From the human T2T-CHM13v2.0 reference genome, Homo sapiens, in NCBI RefSeq assembly GCF_009914755.1, contig NC_060944.1: a DNA stretch of 64,000 bases; one strand, given 5' to 3'. The notes below the pieces were generated by a model that searched no databases, had not been told where the DNA came from, and saw only the letters and a list, made by a program, of their open reading frames with translations. Of this stretch, positions 25,303-37,840 are shown piece after piece. How positions within the stretch are numbered: the stretch's first letter is position 1; every line of letters begins with the position of its first letter. The position numbers and the translations under genes are program-made.

Positions 25303-27900
25303 CCCCTGGATCAAGCCATGCCTGAAGTCAGACCATGGACTTCCTAACCCCTAGAGCACACAAATTCTCTTTTTTACTTAAGCTGGTTGAAATCGGCTTT
25401 CTGACATTTGGGCTTGACCTTGGAGACCTCATATTTAGTGAAAAATAAACATTCCTGCAGTGTCCTTTATTCTCAATCTCACCTTCATCATCAGCCCAGA
25501 GTGAGGTAAGCCTGCAGCCTGCTGGCTCCCTGGACAGTCATGTGCCTAGCCTATGCAGGCAGACACACCCCCACACCCAACACCTCCAAGCTACAAACAG
25601 AAACTGTCACACCTCCTCACACACATCTTGGTAACTTTATTCAGTGTGTGCTTCTAAAAAGAGTTTCCAGATCGGGCCAGATTTCAACTGCAATAAAAAG
25701 GACCAACTGCTTAGCCTCTCTTTGGTCTGTGCTGAATACAAATAATACTTGTATTTGTAATAAATGTTTAGAGAAAAACCGCTTCAGTCCTCGGCTTTAG
25801 AGAGTTGTGTGCCTTTCAAGGATTCTTGCATCTGACTGTTATAATGCAGAGATTGCTGGCTATTAGGATCTGTCCTAAAATCCTCCAAGATGTTGGCACT
25901 GTATGGTATTAGAAAATTATGGTGTTTTGCTGTGTCGCCACAAAAAGAAAGATTAAACATAAAGCAGGGTTTAATAAATAAAGCTGAAGGTTGCTGAGCA
26001 GAATAAGGGAGACTACTCTTCATTCCTACGGCCAATGCCTTTAAATGCCCAGAATGAATTACACATACGCCAAACTCCAGACCCACCCATCCCCAGCATT
26101 TTCAGTCCTTGTCTCTCCAAGATAGGCTGTTACAAGTGACTTGGGTGTTAATGTGTACTGTGAATTTCAGTTGACATTGGGTTTAAACCTCAGGCTTTTC
26201 ATCCAATTTGTGTACATGCATTAAAGCTGCTATTTATTGATATTATCTTGCCAAATTCCTGTCAAGCCAATAAATCATTATTATCATCCTCATTTTACAG
26301 AGGAAGTATCCCAAGCATAGAGAAGTTGGATAACCTGCCCAAGGGCATGCCATCAGTAAATGATAGAGCTGAGATGTGAATAGAGGACCCTCTGAATCCA
26401 AAAGACATACTATGTTCATAAAGCTATACTGCCCTCTGTGTCAAATAATATAATGTGGATTTATCTTTCTTCCCTTTAAAAGTTTGATAATTTTGTATGG
26501 AGCACTGTGAATAAGGCTGACTTTTGTAATAAAGATTATCTTTCTAAGATGAACCTTTTAAAGTCAAGGTGGCCACAAGTCCCCAGGACCAGAATTTGCT
26601 TCACGGTGGCCCCAGAGCAGGATGCACACTGAGAGCCCCCCACGTAGTGCCCACTTGGAGAGCACCAGGCAGGGGACCCAGGGGTCAGGGGCAAACTGCC
26701 TCATGACCTCAGAAGGGCATGTGAGGATCCACAGTTCCTGTCATCCCTGTGCCATCCTTTGCTAAGACCCCTGCTTTCTTTCTCATCTGTAAAATGGGGA
26801 TCATAATGCCTCCCTGGGGGTCGGTTTTGAGAGTTAAAACATTGTGGATGTGAGAGATCTTAGCAAAGTGTCTGGCATATAAAAGCTGCTCAGTCATGTT
26901 TGCTTCTGAATCTGAAGGGGTCCAGAATACGCACTTAATAGATGAGAAACTTTAGGCCCAGACAGGGAGCAAGACTTGCCACAGCCACACAGCAAGTCTA
27001 GCTAGAAGCTCTGTTGCCTCTAAGCCCAAGGCTTCCTCCTCTTCCTATATCCACTCCATCCTGAAGCTGGGGCAGAGTAGCTCTGTCTTTACTGTGCCAT
27101 ACCCAATACCTCCCAGGGAAGGCAGTTTATGCACAGGCCTCCTGACACTGAGCTAGCACAGTGGGGAGGGGAGCAGGGGGCGAGATGGCCTCGATTAGCA
27201 AGAATCTCCCTGCCTTCTTTTATCTGGGGTGGGGACTCCAACTGCCTTTTGCCAGTGTGACCTTACCTGCTCCCTTCAACCTAAGCAGAGGGCAGACACC
27301 TGGATAGAGCAGGGGACACCCACTGGGCAGCGAGGGCAGATGGTTGCAGGCAGGCAAGCATCTCCAGGAGGCAGAGGCCAAACAACAAATGCTAAATGAG
27401 CCACTTCCCCCCAAAACTCTGGGCATCCCATGAATCCCAAGCTCTGCTCCTCTCACACATTATTTTTTCAAACCAGTTTGTCCATCAGTCCAAGACCAAA
27501 GGGAGTCTCGACCCTTAGCCCCTGCTCATTGGAGGCTGCCCCTGAATCAGGTTCGCCAAATACTCGCCTTCTCACTCCAGGTCCACCACCATCCCCACTG
27601 CCACCCCACTGCCCTCCCTGCTCAAACCTAATCTCATTCCTGATTAAACTTCCTCTCCCTTCCATTTGTAATCGTGTGCAGAGATGTGAGTTTTGAAGCC
27701 CCGTATAAATATGTGCTTTAGAATTAAAGGTTCAGCAATTCTTGACAATGATTTCTCAGAAATTAAGCCTGGACAATTTGTTTGGCTGGAGCACAACGTC
27801 TGAAACATGCATGATGGAAAGGCGGTAAATGTACTCAAAGCCCAACAGCTTCATAAATATTGGCTCCTCTGAGGGCGGGCATGCAGGCTCACAGGAACAT

Positions 27901-27915
27901 GCTGCCCCCTGGCAG
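27901..27915 (-). promoter_or_regulatory. Candidate CTCF motif
   Basis: Reverse complement CTGCCAGGGGGCAGC resembles the core CCRSYAGRKGGCRSY with one mismatch; motif only, no binding data. Confidence 0.35.
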
Positions 27916-28134
27916 TGCTCAGGGTTAGTGCCAGCCCAGAGCCCAGAATCTCACACATCCTCCAAGTGAAACAAAACATCACCACTCCTGGGCGCAACCC
28001 AGCCGCACTTTCCTCCACTTGGAGAGGACCCTGGGGCTTCAACAGGTGGAAGTAAATTTGTGAAGGAGGGAAAAGGGTGGGATAAGTTTTTATCTGTGTG
28101 TCTGGGGTAGCAGGCTCTGTGCAGCATGAGATTA

Positions 28135-28480
28135 AAAAGGAATGGAATACTAATGCATGCTACAACACGATGAACCTCGAAAACATTATGCTAAGCCAGA
28201 CACAAAAAGCACATATTGTATGATCCCATTAATATGAAATGTCCAGAATAGACAAATCCATGCAGACAGAAGGCAGATTAGTAGTTGCCAGGGGCTGAGG
28301 GAGGGAGGAATGGGGAATCACTGTCAATGAGGTTTCTGTGTGGGGCAATGAAAATGTTTTGGAACTAGACAGTGGTGACGGTTGTACAACATCGTGAATG
28401 TACTTAATGCCACGGAATTGCACACCGAAAATGGTTAAAATGGTACATTTTATGTTATGCATATTTTGCCACACACAAAA
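28135..28480 (+). mobile_element. L1MB 3' end
   Basis: aaaaggaatggaatactaatgcatgctacaac...gcagattagtagttgccaggggctgagg...aaaatggttaaaatggtacattttatgttatg. Confidence 0.85.
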
Positions 28481-28489
28481 AAATTACAA

Positions 28490-28778
28490 CTGGGTGCGGT
28501 GGCTCACGCCTGTAATCCCAGCACTTTGGGAGGCCAAGGCGGGTGGATCACGAGGTCAGGAGTTCAAGACCAGCCTTGCCGAGATGGTGAAACCCTGTCT
28601 CTACTAAAAATACAAAAATTAGCTGGGCGTGGTGGCAGATGCCTGTAATCCCAGCTACTTGGGGGGCTGAGGTAGAGAACTGCTTGAACCCAGGAGGTTG
28701 AGGTTGCAGTGAGCGGAGATTGCGCCACTGCACTCCAGCCTGGGTGACACAGTGAGACTCCATCTCAAAAAAAAAAAA
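28490..28778 (+). mobile_element. AluS (Sg-like) in the L1MB tail
   Basis: Full Alu with gatcacgaggtcaggagttcaagacc; flanks aaaaattacaa / aaaaatcacaa. Confidence 0.9.
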
Positions 28779-31155
28779 TCACAAGAACAATCTCAAGTCT
28801 CATTTCTTGCCCTGACTCCCCGTCCACCCCCTCAGCATATCTCAAAGTCCTGAACATTTCTGAGTGTCCCCAGAGGGTTTTTTGCTGACCTGTGCTATCT
28901 GCCAATTCCTTCTCCTGGCACCAGGCTTGCTGCAGCCCTGTCCCCTGCACCTGCCAAGAGCTTCCATGGCTGCCACCTGGCTTTGTGGAGCAGCTGACAT
29001 TGGCAAGAGGACTGATGTCTGCCCCAAGAGTGTCACCTCTTCTCCTGCAGGAGCTGTTGGCATGAAAGCTGCGGATTCCTCGTGCTCCAGCCTGTGGAGG
29101 TTTCTCGGTGGTCTTAGTATGGCTACCTTTCTAGAGAGCTTAGGAATGGCCCACAAGCGGGGCTGGAGGTCTGCTTGGAGACAGACACTGCATCTGGCTC
29201 AGAAGCTCCTTTCTGGTTTGATCTGCCATCCTCAAACCAGACTTGTGGATCTAGAAAAGATCTCCCCAGGAGCTCCTGGAATCCATCTTTTGACAGAACC
29301 CTGGCAGGCCTGTCCCCTTCCCCATCCCCATCTTCTTGACACATCAAATCCCAGGCGAGCGCTTGTTTAGTATTTTATTTAATCCTCATGCATATATGAA
29401 ACACAGATTCTTATTCCCACTTTATTGCTGAAGAAACAGGCTCAAAAAACAAGAGCCACACAGGAAGTTGGTGGCAGAGTCAGAATTCCAAGCCTGGTCT
29501 GTCCAAATTTTTCCTGGACCCCTTGCTGCCTCTAGGGGCTTGGTTCCCATAATACAGCAAGGATCAGAGGCAAGGAGAACTCTGGGAGTCATAAACTACC
29601 TCTCCCACAAGCCTGGGAGCTCAGAGAGGGCAGGAGTGGGAGATTCATCTTTGCTGCCCAGGGCCAAGCACAGAAGCCCCCAAGTTAGAGACATTAGTGA
29701 TTGTTTGCTAAGATGAACTGGGCTCAGACCCCACTGAGGCTGAGATAACAGAATGGGGTTGGAAGAGAAAAACTGACCTGAATCTTTGCTTAGAACTTAA
29801 GATAAATGATGAGTTAAAACTGGTTGCGGGGTAGGCATCTTACTCTCTCTCATCAACTTTGGTTCCAGGTCATACACAAACACACACACACTCTCTCTCA
29901 CACAAATCCAGCCTCAGGTTTTCAAAACAAGAGATTAAAGATATGGTTCTTAATACTCCCATTGTACTACCCATCTACTCACACCTTGAGCAGTCAAACC
30001 ATTTTTAAAAGGGCTAAAGAATTGCTCAAAATTCTTAGATTCACCTTAAACAGTTAGAATTAATTTTCTCTGACACACGTTGAATGACAGAATTGGGTTT
30101 CAGAAATGATCCCACCAGGTCGGGGTGGTGGGCCAAACTGAACAATGGAGTTCAGGAAGGAAAAATATGAATCCCACACTCAGTTCAAAAACTGTGCAGG
30201 TATCAGATGGACAAAGTGTGACATGGCAGTCGAGCCACGGTGTGACTTGAATGCCCAAACTGTCTGATTTTATGTTGGACAATATAAATGCAAGTACGGT
30301 CCTCAGGATGAGGGAGGTGAGAGGGCCTATCTCCTATCAACAGTTCAGAGCATGCTGAGGTCTTTGGTAAGGAATTCCGCACTCCCCTCTTAAAAGGAGC
30401 AAGCTGGAGTCTTTCCAGAGAAGTTAGACCTTTACTTTCTTCTTCAAATGAACATGGTTCTAGTTTTTTCCCCCTCTCAATTTCTGGCATCATCATGTCC
30501 TCAAACTCCCAGAGAGAATCCCTAAAAGGACTGGCCTCAACCATCTCTCTCACTTTCTGCTGCTGGCATAACCAGGGGCTGCCAGTCCTACTTCCTGAAC
30601 ATCTCCAGTGCCCTCTCTCCCTTTCCAGCCCCTCTATATCTTAACTTGTGCAGTGGCCCCATACCTGGGCCCCCAGCATACCCCTAACTTCTCATTGTCC
30701 ATTCTTCTTCTCGTGTTTAACTCCTTTGTCCTATCCCCCTGCAAGGTCATCTCTGGCCCCAATCATGCACAGGATAAAGTCCAAACAGCCCAGCATGGCC
30801 CTCTCCTACCCTCCGTCCCAGTCTGTCTTACCCTCTTTGCCTCACAATGTCCTAATCTCATACCAGGGGGTCCATCTCTCTTTCTGGCTTTGAAGGTGCC
30901 ATTTCTTCTGATGGAAACACCACTGGCCTCCCATTTCCCACCCACAGAACTCTGACTCTCCCTTCAAGTCCAGGATCAGCCATTCCTTCCTCTGGGAAGA
31001 CACAGGCAGTATGGTCCCTCTGTCTTTCAGGCTCCTGAGGTTCCCTGAGTTACCCTTATCGTATTGTTCTGGACCTGTGGAAGGGTCTGTCTTTTCTCCT
31101 AGACTAGATGTCATTGAGAACAGACTGACTCCTATTCATCTCATAACCCCCTGTG

Positions 31156-31317
31156 CCTCGCACAAGTTTTGTACGCAGTACTTACCAATTAGTGTGCTTA
31201 GCATGAACGGATGCATGGATGGACGGACACATGGATAAATGCATGGTTGATGCATGGATGGATGGGTACGTGGATGGATGGGTACATGGTGGCTGCATGG
31301 ACAGATGATTACTACGT
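31156..31317 (+). repeat. First copy of a ~150-bp direct duplication (second copy 32049-32199)
   Basis: gtacgcagtacttaccaattagtgtgcttagcatgaacggatgc...gatgattactacgt versus gtacacagtacttaccaattggtgtacttagcatgaatggatgc...gatgattactatgt. Confidence 0.9.
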
Positions 31318-31638
31318 CTGTGATCAGATTCAGCGTGACTTCATACAAGCTCTGTCAATTATCCGCTCAATGAGCACAGGTTCCAGGGTAGGCATAAGCT
31401 GTGGGTATGAATCTGCCATTCCCTTGGTTGGTCTCTGTCCCTTTGAGCCTTTCAAAATGGAGGCTCTTCATTGCAAAGAGATCTCTGCATTGATTTGGAT
31501 TCCAGGGTTGGAGGATTCATGTTTCTTCATACAAGACTCTTGACCCAGTGACCTGTTCCAGCACTGGAGGAAGAGCTGGCTGCAGCGGACTTGCCCAGAG
31601 GCATTATGTTAGTCTGCACTGAGAGACCTCCCTAAGAG

Positions 31639-32030
31639 GTCATAGCAGTTTGGGTTTTCCAGGAAGCAGACCTGAGGCAGAGAACAGCAAGTGCTCCTGG
31701 GATCACTCTCTGTGGAAGGAGGCAGGATTGGGAAGAGAGAGGAGTTGGACTGTGATGCAGTCTCAATAAAAGCTCCTGCTGACTCCCTCGGGCACAACTT
31801 GGAGATGTCCTGGGTTGAGGAAGGAGACCAGGCTTCCATATACACATGTCAATATGTGCTTCCCTGGGAAGGAGACACGGCCTTGAGAGAAGTGACTCTC
31901 CTCAGTTGATGCAGTTCTGCAGAGGGCCATCAATTAAGGGCTGACAGCCAGCAGCACCCCCGGCAGCCCGGGGAATAAGTCCTTCAGCCCTGCATGGAGA
32001 TCTGGGTGGCATATCAGAGCAACCACTACA
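31639..32030 (-). mobile_element. ERVL solo LTR, LTR16-like
   Basis: gggttttccaggaagcagacctgag...ggcaggattgggaagagagagg...gatctgggtggcatatcagagcaaccactaca. Confidence 0.75.
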
Positions 32031-32869
32031 GTCCATGTGGCTTTTCTTCCTAGCACAGAGTCTTGTACACAGTACTTACCAATTGGTGTACTTAGCATGA
32101 ATGGATGCACAGATGGACGGATACAGGGATAAATGCATAGTTGATGCATGGATGGAAGGGTACTTGGATGGTGGCTGCATGGATAGATGATTACTATGTT
32201 TCTCCTAATAGCATGTCTGTACATTTCCCAAAGCCTCACCAGGGTGTGAAATCTCATGCCCCGGGAGAATGCTTCCAACTGAAAAACTCAGTTATCCAAC
32301 ACCACATCTCTTTCTGCCCAGCACTCTCAGATCTCAGTCCCACATGCCCTCGCCTGACTCCTCCAAGTACATGCAGACAAGGCCCTGCATCTCCTTTGGG
32401 GCATATTCTCTTTCCTTCCTTGTGAGACATGGTAAACTGGGTTATGTTGAGACTTAGCCCTAGTTGTAGCCTATGAGCAGGAGGGGACTTGGGGGCAGAT
32501 TCCAAGGGGAACATAAGGCCTTGGAGGAGACAGATTTCTGCACTATCTTCAGGCAAGCGGGGCAGTGGTTACTTTGCAGACTCAGCAGGTTTAGGGGAAT
32601 CTCAGGATGCAAGATGTTGGGGTGCATCTACCCAGATGTCCCTGTCTCATGTGTCATGGTCTCATCCTTTCCCAACCAGGGTCCTCATCATGGCATAGCA
32701 AGGCAGGACTAAGATGAAAATCAAACTTCTGCTACTCTCCTGATGAAGCCTGGGTCCGGGCCTCAGCTTTCCCTGCTCTCAAGCTGTAGGAGATGAGATT
32801 TCCCTTCCTAGTTACCAAGGAGGACCTCTGGCTTTCACACTACACTGTTTTGAGGGGCAAGAGGGAAAT

Positions 32870-33142
32870 AGGAAACTCACTTTGTTGCCCAGCTGGGGTG
32901 GAGCAGTGCAATCACGGCTCACTGCAGCCTCAACCTCCTGGGCTCTAGTGATCCTCCCACCTCAGCCTTCTAAGTAGCTGGGACTACAGGTGTGTGCCAC
33001 CAAACCCAGCTAATCTTTTTTTTGTAGAGACAAGGGTCTTGCTATGTCACCCAGGCTGGTCCCAAACCCCTTGCCTTAAGTTGTCCTCCAGCCTCAGTCT
33101 CTCAAGCCCTGGGACTACAGGTGTGAGCCACCATGCCCAGCC
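32870..33142 (-). mobile_element. AluJ lacking its tail
   Basis: gcaatcacggctcactgcagcctcaacctcctgggctc...gtcttgctatgtcacccaggctgg. Confidence 0.85.
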
Positions 33143-33544
33143 ATACTATGCATTTAATTGACTAATGAGCATTCAGTCCTTCCTTATCTTTTTTCAGTGT
33201 GTCAGCTGAGCTGAGCAACAGCCATCCAATTTCTCTGAGTTTACAGGTCAAATGTCTGATACCTTCCTAGTGCTTTTCCTTCCACCAGAATATCATCCCA
33301 GCTTTCACACTTATACTGCTGCCCTACAGCAGAGGCCATCTGTGCTTCACATACCTCCAGGGATGGGGTCCTCACTGCCAGCCAGGAGGTAGGTGGTCTG
33401 CCTCCAAAGCTACCTTAACAGCTGCTTTCTCAGACTACTCCTCGCGCCCACTGTCCCAGTTTGGATTTCTCCAGAAGTGGACTCTGAGTTGGAGGTTAGA
33501 GGGCAGGCTTCTTAGATGGTGATCTTGGGTCTGCCTCGGGACTC

Positions 33545-33960
33545 TGGATATATTAGTTATTATTCACTGTTGTAAAATATTTGTACATAATAATTCCAAT
33601 CCAATAGAAATGTATTTCTCTTTACGCAAAGATAAAAGAGGTGTTTTGCGTTCTCAGATGGCTCTCTTCCAAGTGGCGACTGAGGGACCCAGGCCCCTTT
33701 TCTCTTGTGGCTAGAAGCTGTCTGTGCCATGTGGCCCCAGGACCTCCACGGTCCTCTGAATAGTGTCAGTGGCATGAGCCTAGAGGTCTTATGGGCCGGG
33801 CCTGGAAGTGGCACCAATCACTCTGCCCACATTTCATTGGCTAGAATGAGCTACATGGCCACACCTGTCTGCAAGAGTCTGGAAAACAACACTTAGCTCC
33901 TCTTCCAAAAATGAAGAGGAAATGGGCTTGGCAAACAACCAGCCACTGTCTGTAGCATTC
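33545..33960 (-). mobile_element. Old MLT1 (K/L class) LTR
   Basis: gggccgggcctggaagtggcacc...ctctgcccacatttcattggctagaatgagctacatggccacacct. Confidence 0.6.
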
Positions 33961-35084
33961 GAGAAGGTGAACCTTTCCTCTCTGGTAGGAAACTAGACTA
34001 GCACTGGATATCTTGCTCTTAGCTCAGATCAGCCAGTGATGCTATGGTCACTGAAGTCATTCCATAACTCTTCAGTTTAAATCCTGGCTACCTTCTTTGC
34101 ACTCCAGACTTTCCATAGCCACGAGTCTTCTCTTAAGCTTCCCGCTAAAGCCTTCCCTACCCCGCCCATCACATGCCCAAGCAGCAGAAACTACAAATAG
34201 CATATGTGAGACCTAGCACCACCAGCAGAGGAAGAAGACATAATGAATTTTGGCTCAAGACCCAAGCAGCATCCTTATCTCCAGGAGAAAGCTACAATAG
34301 CTTATTTCTTCACTTCTTCAGTCTCTTACAGTAGCTATGACAGTTTCTTACAATTTTTTTGAGATTCAAACACTCCAAGGATCAGCAGTGGACAAGTTAA
34401 TGAGAAATACAACTGTTGCTGTTAAAAGTAAAGAGCTGATCACGGTGAAATGTGAAGAAATTATTGCATTTATCTAGGGTTTGTCAGTTTAAGTGCAGGA
34501 AGTTAATGTTGGGGAAACAAAAATGGCCTTTGAACCAAGTGAATAATGCAGTTGCTTCTTACTGCTATGTTTTATACCTATTATTAAATTAAATACACAC
34601 ACGTTCAAATGCTTCCAAGATAATGCATTGAAAATACCTTTTGGGAATAAGTCATACTTCCATTTTGAGATGCCAATTTGAGTCTACATATTTAAATCCT
34701 TTTCCTCTGATCTGCCAATAGAAATGAACAAAGAAATATAGAGATTTAGTAAAAGGAAAGAATCTATCTATCTACATGGTAGACAAAAAGGATGACTGCT
34801 CCCAACAAGCCAGAATCATTGTGGCATGTCTACCAGACATAATGTAGGTGGCACTACGTTCAGGAAAATATAGGCCCACCCATAACTAGAAATAAGTGAA
34901 GGGAAAACCCCATCTAGAAAGTAGGCAGGATAGATTGCTGGTAGAACCAGAGTTCCTATACCACCCCACCAACCAAATAAGATAAAATTGACAGTGTCAG
35001 TGGCTATAGATAAAGATGAGATGTGAGATGTTTGGCAAGGGGTAAATCTTATCCTCTTATGGGTGTGGGTACAACAGGCCTAGA

Positions 35085-35857
<773 letters not shown>

Positions 35858-36479
35858 GGGAGCTAACCCCGAATCTTCTGAAGGTACGGGTGGTGGGCCA
35901 AATGAAGTGGAGCCATTGCCATAGTGGGGCCATAGGATGGGCAATGTAGCCCTTTAGGGATGAGGGCCATTGTCTTAGCTAATGTCAAAGTAATTTGAAC
36001 ATAGGAGACGATTCACCCAGGTTAGGGGCATCCCTTTAAATGCCTCCACTGCACATACACAAACACACACACACACACACAAGTAACTAGACTTCATCTC
36101 TTCCTTTGTGGAACATTTGAACAGAGACCCTTATATTTGACAGAACACATCTCACCCTTGGGCAAACACAAATCTCTCAAAGAATAATAAAATAAAGAAA
36201 AATCACCTACTATAAGAAAATACTTGATGGTAAAAACAACAGCCCAATTCTGCAAAGTCTCTACAAATATTTTCCTGTATATACATTTGAGAAAACTGTA
36301 GAAAATCTTCCTAAATACATTCAGAAAGATCCAAAAACACATTGCAAGATGTTTAGCATCAGGGGAAGCTGGGTGAAGGGTGTATGGAAACTCTCTATAG
36401 TATCTTTGCACCTTTTCTGTAAAACTAAAATTATTTCAGAATAAAACATAAACACAAGACAAGACTAAACAAAACAAAG

Positions 36480-36850
36480 CAAACATTGCCTCTATGAAAG
36501 AAATGCTCTGAAATCAGAAAACACTTTTGGCAGGAAAAGCAAATGTGATCATCAAAATATCTAAATGAGTGAAGGCCAAACAATGGATTGGATACTGTCA
36601 AAACCCAAAGGAGTCACTTGGGAAGATCAGCATGAGTAATTTCCCCTAACTCAGAGGAAAAGGATGAAAAGATGAAAACAATGAGACAAGAGAGAATAAA
36701 TGGAAAATGGATCCTGGAGGCTCAATAAACCCCCATTTGGAATTCTAGAAGGAATGAACGGGACAGATGGAAGAGAAGCAATAATGGAAGAAATAACAGA
36801 AGGAAAAGTCCCTCAACTGTAAGAAATGGATCACATCCCAAGGATGGTGA
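36480..36850 (+). mobile_element. Ancient L1 ORF1/HAL1-like remnant
   Basis: A-rich decayed ORF1-like sequence (gaagatcagcatgag...ggatcctggaggctcaataaac...ggaattctagaagg...gaagaaataacagaaggaaaagtccctcaactg); no intact ORF. Confidence 0.45.
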
Positions 36851-37534
36851 GTAAGTGCTGGCAGAAAAACCTGCAGAAAGTAGTGACATGGACAGGCACC
36901 AAAGCTCAGCCCCCGGGCCATGCCTGAGCCCCTTGGCATCTGCCCAGGTGAACATCGCACAGAAGAAATGCAAAAAAACACTGCTCTGTCTGCAGTTGCA
37001 ATACAACAACCAAAGAAATGGAAAAGTCTTGGATTCCTGGCATTGCTCCTGGTGACCGCATATTTGCATAGGTCAGGGACATCTGAGGAGTACCCAAAAG
37101 AATCCTACGGAGCATGTCTGCACAGCTCTAGGAAATGAACAAAGCTAAGGCAGCCTTTGGGAGATTTTCTTGGAGGTGAGGGTGGGGATGGGGGGCTTAG
37201 GATTAGGTCCCAATGCAATGTGGCCTCCAACCCTTCCAGTTTCCTTACCTTTCAATGTCTGTGTTTTCCCTATCCCCACTCCATCACTCTCCCTATTCAG
37301 ACTAGAAAGCTTAGATGATGACTATGGACTCATCCTGTTATACCGCAGTCCTACTGGTCTCCAGGTGATGACTTTTTATGATTAGTGTCTCTCTCATATT
37401 TATCCGTCCCTTTACATCCCTAGAGCCTCAACCCAAGTCCAAGCTCTTAGATTATTTTAACACTATCCCATGTGGACTTCATGCTTCCAGCCTCTGAAAC
37501 CCAGCCACCTACTGTGTACCAAGACTTGGACCAA

Positions 37535-37840
37535 ACCAGATGTCACAAACTAAAATGCCCATAGGTGATACAAATGAGTGAGGCAAGCAGGTTTAACAAT
37601 GGGGAGCAGTGGGGACTGTGGAAACTGGAGGGTGTGACTGAAAGGAAGAGCCACTACTTGCCCCCCCCAGCCCATTATTCCCCATAAAAACCGTGACTCA
37701 GAGAAGCCCATTTTTAAATGACCCAGATCTTCCCATTAAAAAAAAAACAAAACCCTGAAACTCAGACTTTTTTCTGAAACCTTTTCTCAAAGCTTTAAAA
37801 ACCGGGTTTTTAAAAGTTGACAATTAATTCAATTTTTAAA
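37535..37840. mobile_element. hAT-Charlie MER102-like element
   Basis: cacaaactaaaatgcccatagg...atgagtgaggcaagcagg...gggagcagtggggactgtggaaactggag...gttgacaattaattcaatttttaaa. Confidence 0.6.

Noticed and set aside
28864-29370. 168-aa ORF
   Set aside because: Non-ATG (GTG) start, no recognisable domain, no supported splice structure; its length is plausible by chance in GC-rich DNA.
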